A stretch of 64,000 nt of DNA from Podarcis bocagei (Eukaryota): NCBI GenBank assembly GCA_964188305.1, contig OZ076885.1. The stretch is one strand, 5' to 3'. Below the pieces are notes generated by a model. It searched no databases and was not told where the DNA came from. It saw only the letters and a program-made list of their open reading frames with translations. Shown here in pieces: positions 1-10,669 of the stretch. How positions within the stretch are numbered: position 1 is the stretch's first letter; every line of letters starts with the position of its first letter. The position numbers and the translations under genes were made by a program.

Positions 1-169
1 TTGCTATTCTATCTTTGCCAGCCAAGAAAGCAGCGCCTCCTTCCCAAATTCATTATTCTTCTTGCTATTATTGTTGTTGTTACATATGTACTGAATTCTG
101 ATGGGATGCTGTTTAAGCTGCTGCTACTGCTAATTTAAGACAAAACATGCGAAAAGGTATTTCATTCAA

Positions 170-1500
170 TAAGGCAAAGCGTATCCCGCGCCAGCCATGG
201 GAAAGGCCCCCTTCTCTTTCGCTGCGGCTGAGCCTGAACTAGAGACTAAGCAGAAGCGGAACCAAGAGGCGGGGGGAGGGCTGTTGCTCAATCGATCCAG
301 CGAACGGATTTCATCCGTCAAATTGGAATTTAACAAGGAGCCGCCATCTCGAGGCAGCAATAAACTCACGTGCAGCCCGAGAGGCAAATACCCCACAAAA
401 GGGTTAGAGCTGCATAGGGGGTGGGAAGCGGGGACCCAGCCTGGTTTGTTGTTCTGCAAGCCAGGTTTGGTTTGTCTTAAAACAGCGTGTCCTAACGTGG
501 TCATTTAGCTTCGGGTTCTTTTCGTGGCAAAGGCGATATATTACCACTAATAACGGAGGCTCAAGCGGCAGTTTAAACAGCAAAGTTACTCCCGCTGAGC
601 TATATAATACCAGGTCAACATGTATAGGAACTGCAGCCTGAAGGGGCTGAACTCAAAAGCTACCCACCCTTGCATCGCTTTTCCTTTGCAATGGGGAATA
701 TTGCACGCGCCACCCAACACTGTGGGACCTACTTCTATGTAAAGCCGTTACTTCTGTCGAACCGCGGCCTCATTGCTAGAGCCACCCACCTTGCGCGCGC
801 ATGGTCCCACGTTCAATTTTTTAGCACTCCTGCCTGAAATCCTGGAGAGGTGGGCCAAGAGCCTGACTCGACTTAAGGCAGCGTCTTCCGCCACCCCCCG
901 TAGAACTGCCCTGTTTATACGGCTCCCCCCAGGTAGAAAGCGATATGTAAAATGTGGCCAAGACGACGAGTAAGCACCTTGGAGCCGTTTACTCTCTCCA
1001 CTTAGGGTGTGCAGCTGCCTCTGGCCACGTCTACTTGCCCCCATGGAAGCTAACGGGGGGCTGACTGCCCTGCGAAGAACGACGCCTAGGGGCTGGGGCT
1101 GGGACACGCACGAGAGCGGTGCGTTTTCCTGTCAGGCAGCGAGCGGGGCAGCCCCGCGACGGCAGTGTGGAAGGACCCGTCCCTTTGGCGGCACGGAGAG
1201 TGGTGGGAGTGCCCAGAGCGCTGTGCCCGCAGCCCGTCCGACTCGCAGCTTCTCCTCGGCGGCGGCGTCGCCATGTCCGTCAGCGAGATGTTCATCGCTT
1301 TGCAAGGGGTGCTCACGGCCGACCAGGATATCCGCGAGGTGAGAGAGGGTCGCGCCGGTGCGAGGACCACGGACTCTTCCCCCGAGCTCGGAAGGGGGAT
1401 CCCTTTCCTGCCCATCCCTTTCGCTGGTCATCGGATGACGGGGACTAGAGCCTTGGTTTTCCTACCTTCCAAACCGCGGGAGCCAACCTTTTAACAACTG
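170..1500. promoter_or_regulatory. CpG-island promoter of TSN (possibly bidirectional)
   Basis: GC- and CpG-rich compared with the rest of the window and spans the TSN ATG at 1273. Contains a YY1-like GCCGCCATCT near 340-350 and an ETS-like CTTCCG near 885-890. Boundaries approximate. Confidence 0.75.
1273..1338 (+). CDS. TSN: TSN coding exon 1 (MSVSEMFIALQGVLTADQDIRE)
   Basis: Kozak gccATGt; donor GAG|gtgaga at 1339. Confidence 0.97.
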
Positions 1501-4500
1501 CATGCCTGAAACATGGGACCCATTTCTATCACGTAAACCCCAAACCGCCCTATGTGTCTCTGTTGTGGCTCCTGTAATAACATTTACATAACGGCCCAGG
1601 AGAGGGAAATTTAGTTGTTGCTGCTTGTTACGCTAAGTGTGAGAGAAATTGCATCGGCTGAAATTTTCCGTCCTGCACCACCAGCGTTAAAGATCTTGTT
1701 CTCCTTTGCGCCTATTCTTTGTCAAAGCTGAACAAAGAAACAACAACAACCAGTGATGATTGCAAGCACTGCCACCCATCTTGGGTCAAGGTGTGATCCA
1801 CTATGGGGTACTGACCCATCACAAGTAGCAGTATGATGAACAGAATCATAGTAGCAACCTAATTGCCTCATAGATAACCATTAGTTAGCTAAGTAGTGCA
1901 GACCCCGTTTTTCAAAAGCCAAGCTATGGACCCACTACTTTTAAAAAGTTTGATATCTCTCTGGTAGTTTTTGTTACGTGAATGGTGCCACAGATCTCCT
2001 GAGTGGATTACTGGGGTCCATGGACCCCCCCCCCCCCAATTAGGAACCAGAGGTCTAGAACAGTGTTTCCCAACCAGTGTTCCGCGGCACACTAGTGTGC
2101 CGCGAGACGTTGCCTGGTGTGCCGTGGGAGGGAGGCGGGCAAGTCGGGCGGCGAGAGGCGGGGCGGCGGCGGCGAGGAGAGGCCGCCCAGCGCGGGGCTC
2201 TCGCCGTCTGCCTGCCTGGCTGCCTGCGTGGCGCTGACGTCACAGGGCTGTAACGTGCCCCACATAGGCACATGCGGGGCGGCAAGCGAGCTCCCTCCCA
2301 CATCCCATCGCCGCTCGCTTCGGCCGGCCTACTGGGCTGTCGCAGGCGGAAGGCCTGCGCATGCGCGAGGTTTTCGCGCCTTCGGGATTCCCTTCACGCC
2401 TTCCTCCTCCCGGGTCCTTGAGAGCGCGGGAAGCAGCAGCGCGAGACCGGCGTTGAGCCTGGTAGGTATTGCGCTTGCCAAGGCAGTCATTTGGGAAATG
2501 AAAACTTGCAAAGCAAGCAACCAGTTCAATCTGAAGTGCGTGTATGCTTAATATCCGGTATCTGAAACCTGTTCTGCCCCCTCCCCCACACTTGGTGCCA
2601 TTTTCATCTACACATGCAGCAGAGTAAGTTGACCCAGAATAGTACCAATTCAGATGGCAGATGGGAGAATGACAGTGCTGAATGCTTTCCCATGTAGAAC
2701 AGTCCCTGCAAATAAAAACCTAGCATATTTGGAAGAGGGATGCTGGCCTAACCATTACCTTCTATGCTGTTACTATTTTTTAATTTTTTTTACATAAGTA
2801 AAAAGTGACCTTTCCCCATCTGGCATGGTGGTGTGCCTCGAGATTTTTTTCATGAAACAAGTGTGCCTTTGCCCAAAAAAGGTTGGGAAACACTGGTCTA
2901 GAAATTTACTAGAGAGAAAGACAGGCAAAATTGAACAGCAGTTTTGTGCTAACATTGCATATTTTTCTGTACAATCATGTTCTGAGTATTTTATTGTTGT
3001 TTACAGGAGATCAGGAAAGTTGTTCAAGCTCTGGAGCAAACAGCCCGGGAAATTCTTACAGTGCTACAAGGAGTCCACCAGGGGTCTGGATTTCAGGACA
3101 GTAGGTCATGCTTTGTTTGCCTATTGAGAAAAAAAGTCACAAACATGTTTACATGCATAAAGGATGGTTACAGAAGAAGATAAAAGATGCCACTCAGTAA
3201 CGTAAAAGTGAAATGGTTATGTGTTTTGTGAAAAACATTTTTCTACTCCAGTTTCTTTGTGAATTGGAAATGCAGGAAAGTGAATCATGTACAATACCTG
3301 TAGATTATAACACTAAATTTGACTGTTTCATTATTGGGCACTTAACTAGTCAACAAAGACTTATTCAGCTGTGAAATCTTAAAACAAGTCTGGTTTCTAT
3401 ATCCTATCACACTGGGCAGGGCAGCTTGTGGGTTCTACTCTGCTTGAGCAGAGCCTGGTACAAAAGACATAATAGAATGAAACAATTCAGAACCTGGAAA
3501 ATTTTTAAGGGCCAGAACTAAGCAAAGCACACATTCTTTCCACACAGTAATCCACTCCCTTCCCATTTCAGCAGTACAATTTAGTGGGTCATTTTGTTGT
3601 TGCAAGTGTTAAACACACCTGAGTAAGAAATCCTTGCTGATCTGCTTCAGATCACCCAGAGAATTACTATTCAGTCACAATTTACCTTCTGTTCACTCCA
3701 GGTGTGGGGAACCTAAACAAGTAGAAGCAGGCTTCTTGCTTCAGACTGCCACCCTCCAATTCATGGGGATTGGGGGTGGGCAGTGCTAGCACATTTGCTT
3801 CCACACCTCTACTCATCTGACAGCTTACCCAGTTGCAGGAATGAATCTCCCAGTAGAGCAGAGCGGCTGCAATAACATTCCCACAGCAGAGTCATTGCCA
3901 TTTACTTTGAGGGTGGGAAGGGGGAAGTGGTGGGAAGGTCAGGGCTGTACAGACGAGCTAGCTAGCAGGAGCCCTGGATTGCCTCTGCCAGTGCATCCAC
4001 AGAACCCTAACTCACCCACCCACCCAGTCTTTCCCTGTAAATGACAGTGATGGCTTCCAGGCACCTATTGCTGCAGCTGAACCACTCCTGTCATTATGAA
4101 CTTATTTCAGTGGGACTAAACCATGACTAACTTAGGCTTCAGTCCTGTATCCTCTTACCTAGGAATAAGCCCCATTGAACTTAATGGAACTTAGTTTTGA
4201 TGCATAGGATTGTGGTGTCCTATGGATGGATCCAGTGAATCAAACTTAATAGAAATTTAATTAATATATAAATGCTGTTGGGGTTGTTGTTCATTATTAT
4301 AGTGCGTACGTTTGTGTTTTTATGTTGTAAACAACCCGGTGTTCTTCAGAGGGAGGTATAGATAGCAAATAAATAAGAAACCTGTTTCTTTTAAGTATCA
4401 CAGTATTGTCTTTGCTCATGGTTCTATGCCTAAAGGGTGTTTTCTTTAAAGAAACTCAAAAACCAATAACTAGCCTTTGTTTTCGAGGTTAAGTGCTGTT

Positions 4501-7112
4501 TGTTTTTAATTCCAGTACCAAAGAAGTGTCAGAAGGCTCGTGAACACTTTGGTACTGTTAGAACACAGTTGGCCTCTCTGAAAAACAAGTTCCCTGCAGA
4601 TCAATATTACAGGTTAGTAAATGTCCACTTTCCTCCTGCCTATTGTGGTCTTTTTTATAATATTTTATTCTTTTTTCCATATAGAAAGTTACATTTGTTA
4701 CTGAGCAATTTTAAACCAATCATTTTAATATGGATGGCTATGATTTATTTCCACTGTTGGAGGCAGTATGCTTCAGCATACCAGTTACTAGGAATCACAA
4801 GCGGGGCGGATGCTATTGTACCACCACAAGGATAGGATTTAGGACTAGATGGGCATTTTGTCGGATCCAGCAGGAGTCTTCTGTTTAAAGTGCCAGGAAT
4901 CACTTTCTCTTTCCCCCCCATGCAGATTTAATGAACATTGGAGATTTGTGTTACAACGTTTGGTGTTCTTAGCAGCATTTGTTGTCTACTTGGAGACAGA
5001 AACCTTAGTGACTCGGGAAGCTGCTACAGAAATACTTGGAAGTAAGGAATTGTTTTTCCACTTAAACACAATGACTTTTGGCTTTAACAAGGCTCCCTAA
5101 GAAATTCAGTAAAATGTTAACCTAAATTGGCACATCAGAAAGCTTCTACGTCACTTTCATTCTAAAACCTTTTGACGTAGTTTGACGGTGAAATAAAGAC
5201 TAGACCTCTGCTTCAGCTCTGCCAAGGTTCCTTTTTTAACTGAAAAAATTAGTAACTGTTAGTAAAAAAAAGGAGTCCATATATGCACTGCTCGAGAGCT
5301 ATGAGTTGGCAGAGTTGCAGGCTCCCTGGAAAGGTAGAAAGTCCACAGTGAAAGACAGGGGAATGTGGGAAGATTAGGTGTACACATTAATTGTATGAAG
5401 CTTCTATACATTCTTATTTACTTTGAAGAAGCCACACTTGTATTCAGTGAGGCTTACTAAATGTTTAGGATTACAGCTCTACTCCAGCAGTGTGGACTCT
5501 AAATGGCAGCTACTCATGAGGATCTTGGGCAGAGGTTTTCCCCATGAGCCCTGCTACCTGAAAATCCTTTTAACTAGAGATGCTAGGGACTGATCCTGGG
5601 ACCTTCTGCATGTAAATAATGTGGTCGGCCACTGTGCTTTGGATTTGGGGCTAAGATATGTAACCCTACAATCCTTCCTAGAGTCTGAGATTAACATCCA
5701 AGGTACTTCTCTGTGTGCACCCACCAAGAGATGTCAGAGAGTGGCAATGAGGGAATGGGCCTTTTCAGTGGTAACCTCAGTTAGAGGATACTCTCCCCAG
5801 GGAAACTCACCTGACACTGGCTTTGTCCTCTTTCAGGCACTAGGTGAAGACATTTTTATTCTCCCAGGCATTTGGACAGCAGCACTGATATTGGAACTTT
5901 TGGTGGCTACCAGGGTATACATCCTGTGTGAAGGGCGTGGATGCTTTGTGCTTTTTCAGATTACTTTTTCTTTGAACACTTTTAGTATTTTATATTTGAA
6001 TTGTTTTTGAATCGATCGGTGTAATTAACTAACCATTAACCTAAAAGGAAGGCCTAACCTGAATTGGCACTCCTTTCATTTTGGAGTCTTCTAACCCTGA
6101 TGATTTGTATTATCAGAGTTGAATCCAAATCCGTTCATTCTTTTTGCAGTTGAATCTGAAAGAGAGAAAGGCTTTCACCTGGACATTGAGGATTACCTCT
6201 CTGGGGTGTTGACTCTGGCTAGTGAGCTGGTAAGTAGAGAGTATTGAGAAGTTTTAGAACTAATGCAGCATTACTTACCTAGTTGGACTGAAAGTAATAT
6301 CCAGAGCCTTGCGTGGACAAAACTAGAGGTTACAAACAGTGGTACCTCGCAAGACGAAAAACGCGCAAGATGAAAGAGTTTTCCGTTTTTTGAGTTGTTC
6401 CGCAAGACGAATTTCCCTATGGGCTTGCTTCGCAAGACAAAACGTCTTGCGAGTTCTTGCGAGTTTGTTTCCTTTTTCTTAAAGCCGCTAAGCTGTTAAT
6501 AGCCGCTAAGCCGCTAATAGCTGTGCTTCGCAAGACGAAAAAAACGCAAGACGAAGAGACTCGCGGAACAGATTAATTTCGTTTTGCGAGGCACTACCAT
6601 GGCTCTTTCTTTAATGAAGTTGCTAGTTGCCCTTTTTCTGCAAAGGGAGGCTTATGGTTGCATATGACTCTACTACTAGTAAAGGTTCGCAAGATTGAGG
6701 CTTCTTCATCAAATATGCTCTAAAAGCCAGTATAATTTATTCTCTGGAAGGAAGACAAAGTGCTGAGTACCCTGTTCAGATGTTAATACTGTTGTGGGCC
6801 TCCAGTAAGGCCTACCTAGCCCGATTTGGTCTGTGCACGTCTGCTTATCTTGCACCATTCTGCTTTCTTCCATAGGCTAGGTTGGCAGTGAACAGTGTCA
6901 CAGCTGGAGACTACGCCCGTCCCCTCCGCATCTCTGCTTTTATCAATGAGTTGGATTCCGGATTCCGCCTTCTCAACCTGAAGAATGACTCCCTGAGGAA
7001 GCGCTACGATGGCCTCAAGTACGATGTCAAGAAAATAGAGGAGGTGGTTTATGACCTGTCAATCCGAGGGCTCAACAAGGACTCAATTGCTAATGCTGGT
7101 GGGGAGAAATAG
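1273..7112 (+). CDS. TSN: Translin (TB-RBP; C3PO subunit), 229 aa; join(1273-1338,3007-3100,4516-4612,4926-5041,6150-6229,6876-7112)
   Basis: Spliced translation MSVSEMFIALQGVLTADQDIREEIRKVVQALEQTAREILTVLQGVHQ...PADQYYRFNEHWRFVLQRLVFLAAFVVYLETETLVTRE...GFHLDIEDYLSGVLTLASELARLAVNSVTAGDYARPLRISAFINELDSGFRLLNLKNDSLRKRYDGLKYDVKKIEEVVYDLSIRG is clearly translin. All introns are GT-AG, and exon lengths 66+94+97+116+80+237 sum to 690 nt. Confidence 0.98.
2061..2895. mobile_element. Non-autonomous hAT (Charlie-type) DNA transposon in TSN intron 1
   Basis: Perfect 15-bp TIRs CAGTGTTTCCCAACC...GGTTGGGAAACACTG. Perfect 8-bp TSD GTCTAGAA at 2053-2060 and 2896-2903; NTCTAGAN is the typical Charlie target. 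No transposase ORF. Confidence 0.92.
3007..3100 (+). CDS. TSN: TSN coding exon 2
   Basis: tttacag|GAGATCAGG; encodes EIRKVVQALEQTAREILTVLQGVHQGSGFQD; donor A|gtaggt. Confidence 0.97.
4516..4612 (+). CDS. TSN: TSN coding exon 3
   Basis: ttccag|TACCA; encodes IPKKCQKAREHFGTVRTQLASLKNKFPADQYYR; donor AG|gttagt. Confidence 0.97.
4758..4885 (+). mobile_element. CR1 LINE 3'-end fragment
   Basis: ggaggcagtatgctt...ataccagtt...ggactagatgggc...gatccagcagg...tcttct; the same motif recurs at 13441-13590 and 23470-23637. Confidence 0.6.
4926..5041 (+). CDS. TSN: TSN coding exon 4
   Basis: tgcag|ATTTAAT; encodes FNEHWRFVLQRLVFLAAFVVYLETETLVTREAATEILG; donor A|gtaagg. Confidence 0.97.
5700..5875 (+). 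mobile_element. L2-type LINE 3' fragment
   Basis: ...gggccttttcagtggt...ggtgaagacatttttattctcccaggcattt, recognised as a squamate L2 3' end. Confidence 0.5.
6150..6229 (+). CDS. TSN: TSN coding exon 5
   Basis: tttttgcag|TTGAA; encodes IESEREKGFHLDIEDYLSGVLTLASEL; donor CTG|gtaagt. Confidence 0.97.
6337..6598. mobile_element. Tc1/mariner (Tigger/pogo-like) MITE in TSN intron 5
   Basis: Left TIR CAGTGGTACCTCGCAAGACGAA, degenerate right TIR TTCGTTTTGCGAGGCACTAC; internal reiterated CGCAAGACGAA motifs in both orientations. Confidence 0.75.
6876..7112 (+). CDS. TSN: TSN coding exon 6 (last, to TAG)
   Basis: ttcttccatag|GCTAGG; encodes ARLAVNSVTAGDY...RGLNKDSIANAGGEK*. Confidence 0.97.
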   Translation, partial: ARLAVNSVTAGDYARPLRISAFINELDSGFRLLNLKNDSLRKRYDGLKYDVKKIEEVVYDLSIRGLNKDSIANAGGEK

Positions 7113-7514
7113 AGGAGGGCTTGTTGAACTGAAGCAATCATTACCTCAATCTTGCTGCCAATGAAGGAGAAGCTTTAACTTGAGCTCTCCAGCAGTAGTT
7201 TAGAGGAACCACAAAGCTGCATACCACTGTTGTTTTTTCCTAATGGAATGTTTAGTATGTCCAAGCAGAAGCACTCATTCCCCCCCCCCCAAGCCCCTCT
7301 AGCAGGCACTGCTTGGAGTCCTAAGTCACCCTGGCGTAAGCAAACTGTCATCTCTGAACTACAGCTGTTGCTATCCCATTATCCCTGCAGAACCAAGTAT
7401 GGGGATTATTTCCCCCCTGCGTCACAGCCTTTGTTCAAGCCTCATCCTTTTTGGATCTCCACGTCATTTACATGTAGCACAGTTTATGCAGACTGCTGCC
7501 CTGGGCTCCTTTGT

Positions 7515-7524
7515 AATAAATAAA
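7515..7524 (+). terminator. TSN proximal polyadenylation signal (overlapping AATAAA x2)
   Basis: AATAAATAAA about 400 nt after the stop codon. Confidence 0.45.
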
Positions 7525-8482
7525 AGTTCAGTACTTGGCTGCAGCTGATGTGTAAACAGCTTGTCAAAAAGCAGTCATTTTCTGCTCATCTGTGTAAATC
7601 AGATAGATTGCTGCATAAAATCAAGAGTTCAGAACTAGGATGATCAGTTCAGTAGACATATTGTTGGGAATGTATGTTTTCAAATAGTCACCGTTCTATA
7701 GTACACATATATTTGTATCCTTAAACATGCTGATTTTTACATTTGGGAAGAGACGTGAAATAGTCATTGAAGCCGAACAGTTGCTTGTGGGCATTTTCTA
7801 AGTATATATATAAGTTTTAAAAAGCAAATCCAGGAACATGTTTTAGGTGATTTTTTTGTGGGGGGAGGAGCACAGATTTCAAGGAGGTAAGTAGTTACAT
7901 AACAGGGCGAAGGTGTTTGTGTTCCTTTGAATTCTAAGTGTCCTGTTTCACATTTCCTTCATTTTGTATTGTATCTTTTTTATATAACGTTCTTGGTCCA
8001 TCATGCAGCAAAGAATGCATTTGGCCTTAACAAAAAACGGTGACACTTACCTTGATCCTAAACACACGTACATGGAGGCGAGTTGCTTTGTGCATAGGAG
8101 CACAGCTTTTGTATGTAGGGTGCAGGTGCAAATCACTCTTCTTTCACCTCCATGTGTGTGCTACCTCCACTGTATTAGTATTTAACATCCATCTTCTGAA
8201 TCTCATTTATATGTGCAAAATTTGTTTCTGCAATATACTGTGTTGTTTTGTCTGAGCATTTTTCATATTGTGTGCTGTATAGGATCTGTTTTCCCCCTTG
8301 CCCTAAAGTTTTTCCTTTGACAAATATCACCTCCAAAAGATAAGAAAAATATTTGTACTTTACAATATTAGTGGCTGTAAGTATCTTTTGTTTGTAAATC
8401 TTTGCTTTTTTCTGGTTATGTTTTGGGATGGGTGAGGGAAAAGTTCATTGAAAAGCAAATTCTTCCTTTGTTAACGTGGGTA

Positions 8483-8488
8483 AATAAA
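8483..8488 (+). terminator. TSN distal polyadenylation signal
   Basis: AATAAA preceded by U-rich and TGTA elements and followed by a GU/U-rich tract (gtgcttctgtgattttgttttgtatgtttct). Confidence 0.6.
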
Positions 8489-8932
8489 AGACACTGTTCT
8501 TTAATATTGTGCTTCTGTGATTTTGTTTTGTATGTTTCTTACAAGCTTGCACCCTGTAATTCACAATAACTTGTTTAGTATACAGGTGTCATATTTTCTT
8601 CATTTTAACAAAAACCCCTTCTTTCAAGACACTGCGATTCTACAGCGCCCATTTTGGGAGGAAGGCTATGATAAAGGGCTCACAACTGGCGCAGAAAATC
8701 TTGCTAAACAATATTCTTACAGTTCTTTTCCTGTCGGCTATAGAATAGAAAAGTGCTGCCACATATTTTGTTCTCTAGTATTCTACAGAGTTCTTTTTTA
8801 TTATTATTCTCATGTGTCACTAGGATAGGAGTGATCTGGTATGGAAAACAAAAAGAGAAGTTAATTAAAGTGCAAGGAAACATAATTATTAAAACATTTT
8901 ATGTTAATCTACAATAATGTAACGGATTCCTT

Positions 8933-8938
8933 TTTAAT
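8933..8938 (-). terminator. Candidate polyadenylation signal of the RhoGEF gene (ATTAAA)
   Basis: ATTAAA on - strand with a U-rich tract downstream; alternative - strand AATAAA sites at 9367-9372 and 8797-8802. Confidence 0.3.
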
Positions 8939-10669
8939 TAAAATTTTGAAATACACTAGATTACATCATTTAAATAATCACAAACTAGAAGAGGTAATTG
9001 AGCCTTGTTAACAGAAGCGTATTTCAGAACGATTTCTGATGTTAAGACATTCCTTGGATTTCTACAATGGGTTTTTAACCATTTACAAACAAATCCAGTG
9101 ATCCGTAAAGGGAGAGAGTATTGCTTATCCACAGGATTATACAGGTAATCTGGAATGTTTGTGAGTGAACTCTGAATATATTTCGGCTTCCTTTTCCATT
9201 TACGTGTTACATGCATTCAGTGCAAAGTAAAACTCGGTAAACTGGTTCCTACGTGGGCACGAGGGTAGAAGTAGAAAACTGATAAGCTAACAAAAGATGG
9301 ATGAATTAAATGTTTCCTGGGAGAGCAAGCTGAAATGAGGCTAATTATACTGTCTAAACATTCTCCTTTATTGTGTTAATACTGCTCTAAATTTGACTGG
9401 ATGTTGCCTAATGCTGTTATAATATATGCACAATGAAACCAGTCTATCATATATGGTCAAAATTCCTTTTTCCCAGCACAATCATGCAGTGTCAGACATC
9501 TCACACGCCTATCTGATCCCCACATTATTAACAAGATTAGCTCAATATTTTCTCTCTAGAGACCTGCTCCTCATGATCCGGTGCCAATAACCCCTAATTA
9601 CCATAGAGGAAGACATCCCAAGTAGGCCACAAATCTGAAGGGCCCGCCCTGCCCCCCTTGAGCAAGTCTTCACAGGGTAAAGCCTATTTGCCCTCAGACA
9701 GACAACACACATTTTGTTGTCTTCACTGTTATACCTATTTACAAAATGTGCAAAAGATTCCCATTACCCAGAATCTAGATCTCACTCCTCTTACCACTTA
9801 CGAGCCTCCTCTGATTTCTCCTTAGGCCAAGTTGTGCTGAAGTGATTATTTTGGCTAGCCAGATTAACTCCTTATGTTCCTACAGCTCATGCTTAACTTT
9901 CACTCCACACTTAACAGGCAGTCTTCAAACTAACAACACTCTTCCTTATCGCTACCAGCTCAGTCAGTTACACTAAGCAGAGGGTTGGCCACCAATCTCC
10001 TCTCAAGATGACAGCCTCTTTTTGACAGTTTGTGTTCCATGGGGCCCTCACTTTATCACCTCATCAGGCAATGCCTCTCAAAATGGGGAATGTGGCCTCC
10101 AGAAGGGTTTGTGGGGCACCTACAAGAGAGGGGGCAGCATTTTGTAAGTCTTATTGATAAGTAGGTCTATAAAGCTTTCCACAATCTGAGTGTCTACCTC
10201 ATGGATTTGCTGACGGAAGGGTGGAATGGTCAGTCACAGACTGCTGTGAGTTACCTGAAGCTAGAGACCATGGACTGTGGGAGCAGCTGAGAAGAGGAGT
10301 AGCGGAGGTAGGGGAGCAACTGTGTGTGTAGGAACCACTCAGTTGGGAGCAAAGCAGACCTAAAGGTTATAGGAGCCAGGTAGCTACACCCAATGAGGTT
10401 TCTAAGTTGGGTTGTATGGAAGATCTAACAAGCTTAAAAACGGGGCACATTTTTTCCTTCAATTTGAGAAACACTTATTTAAGTGGTACTCGTCACAAAT
10501 GAATTCTCAGTAGAAAACGACATCGTTACGGATAGCTCCAATGCTAATTGGCCAGGTGAAGTTCATCCTTGGTGCAATTTTTGTTGAAAAGGAGATCTTC
10601 AACCCAAAGCAGGTTGTGAGGAAATTTCTGAGCTTACTTAGCCAAGTCATTTTGCAGTCAGCGATCCTT

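Noticed and set aside
1-1110. NIFK first exon, expected from human synteny, and the ORFs 166-504, 197-508 and 748-1107
   Set aside because: I found no NIFK-like peptide in the - strand frames I read. These ORFs are typical chance products of a GC-rich island.
2055-2551. ORFs 2117-2551 (+) and 2055-2303 (-)
   Set aside because: They lie inside the hAT element, are GC-driven and show no transposase or other domain similarity.
6337-6598. CRISPR-like or satellite array from repeated CGCAAGACGAA
   Set aside because: Vertebrate DNA; the motifs are irregularly spaced, occur in both orientations and are bounded by TIRs, so they are MITE subterminal repeats.
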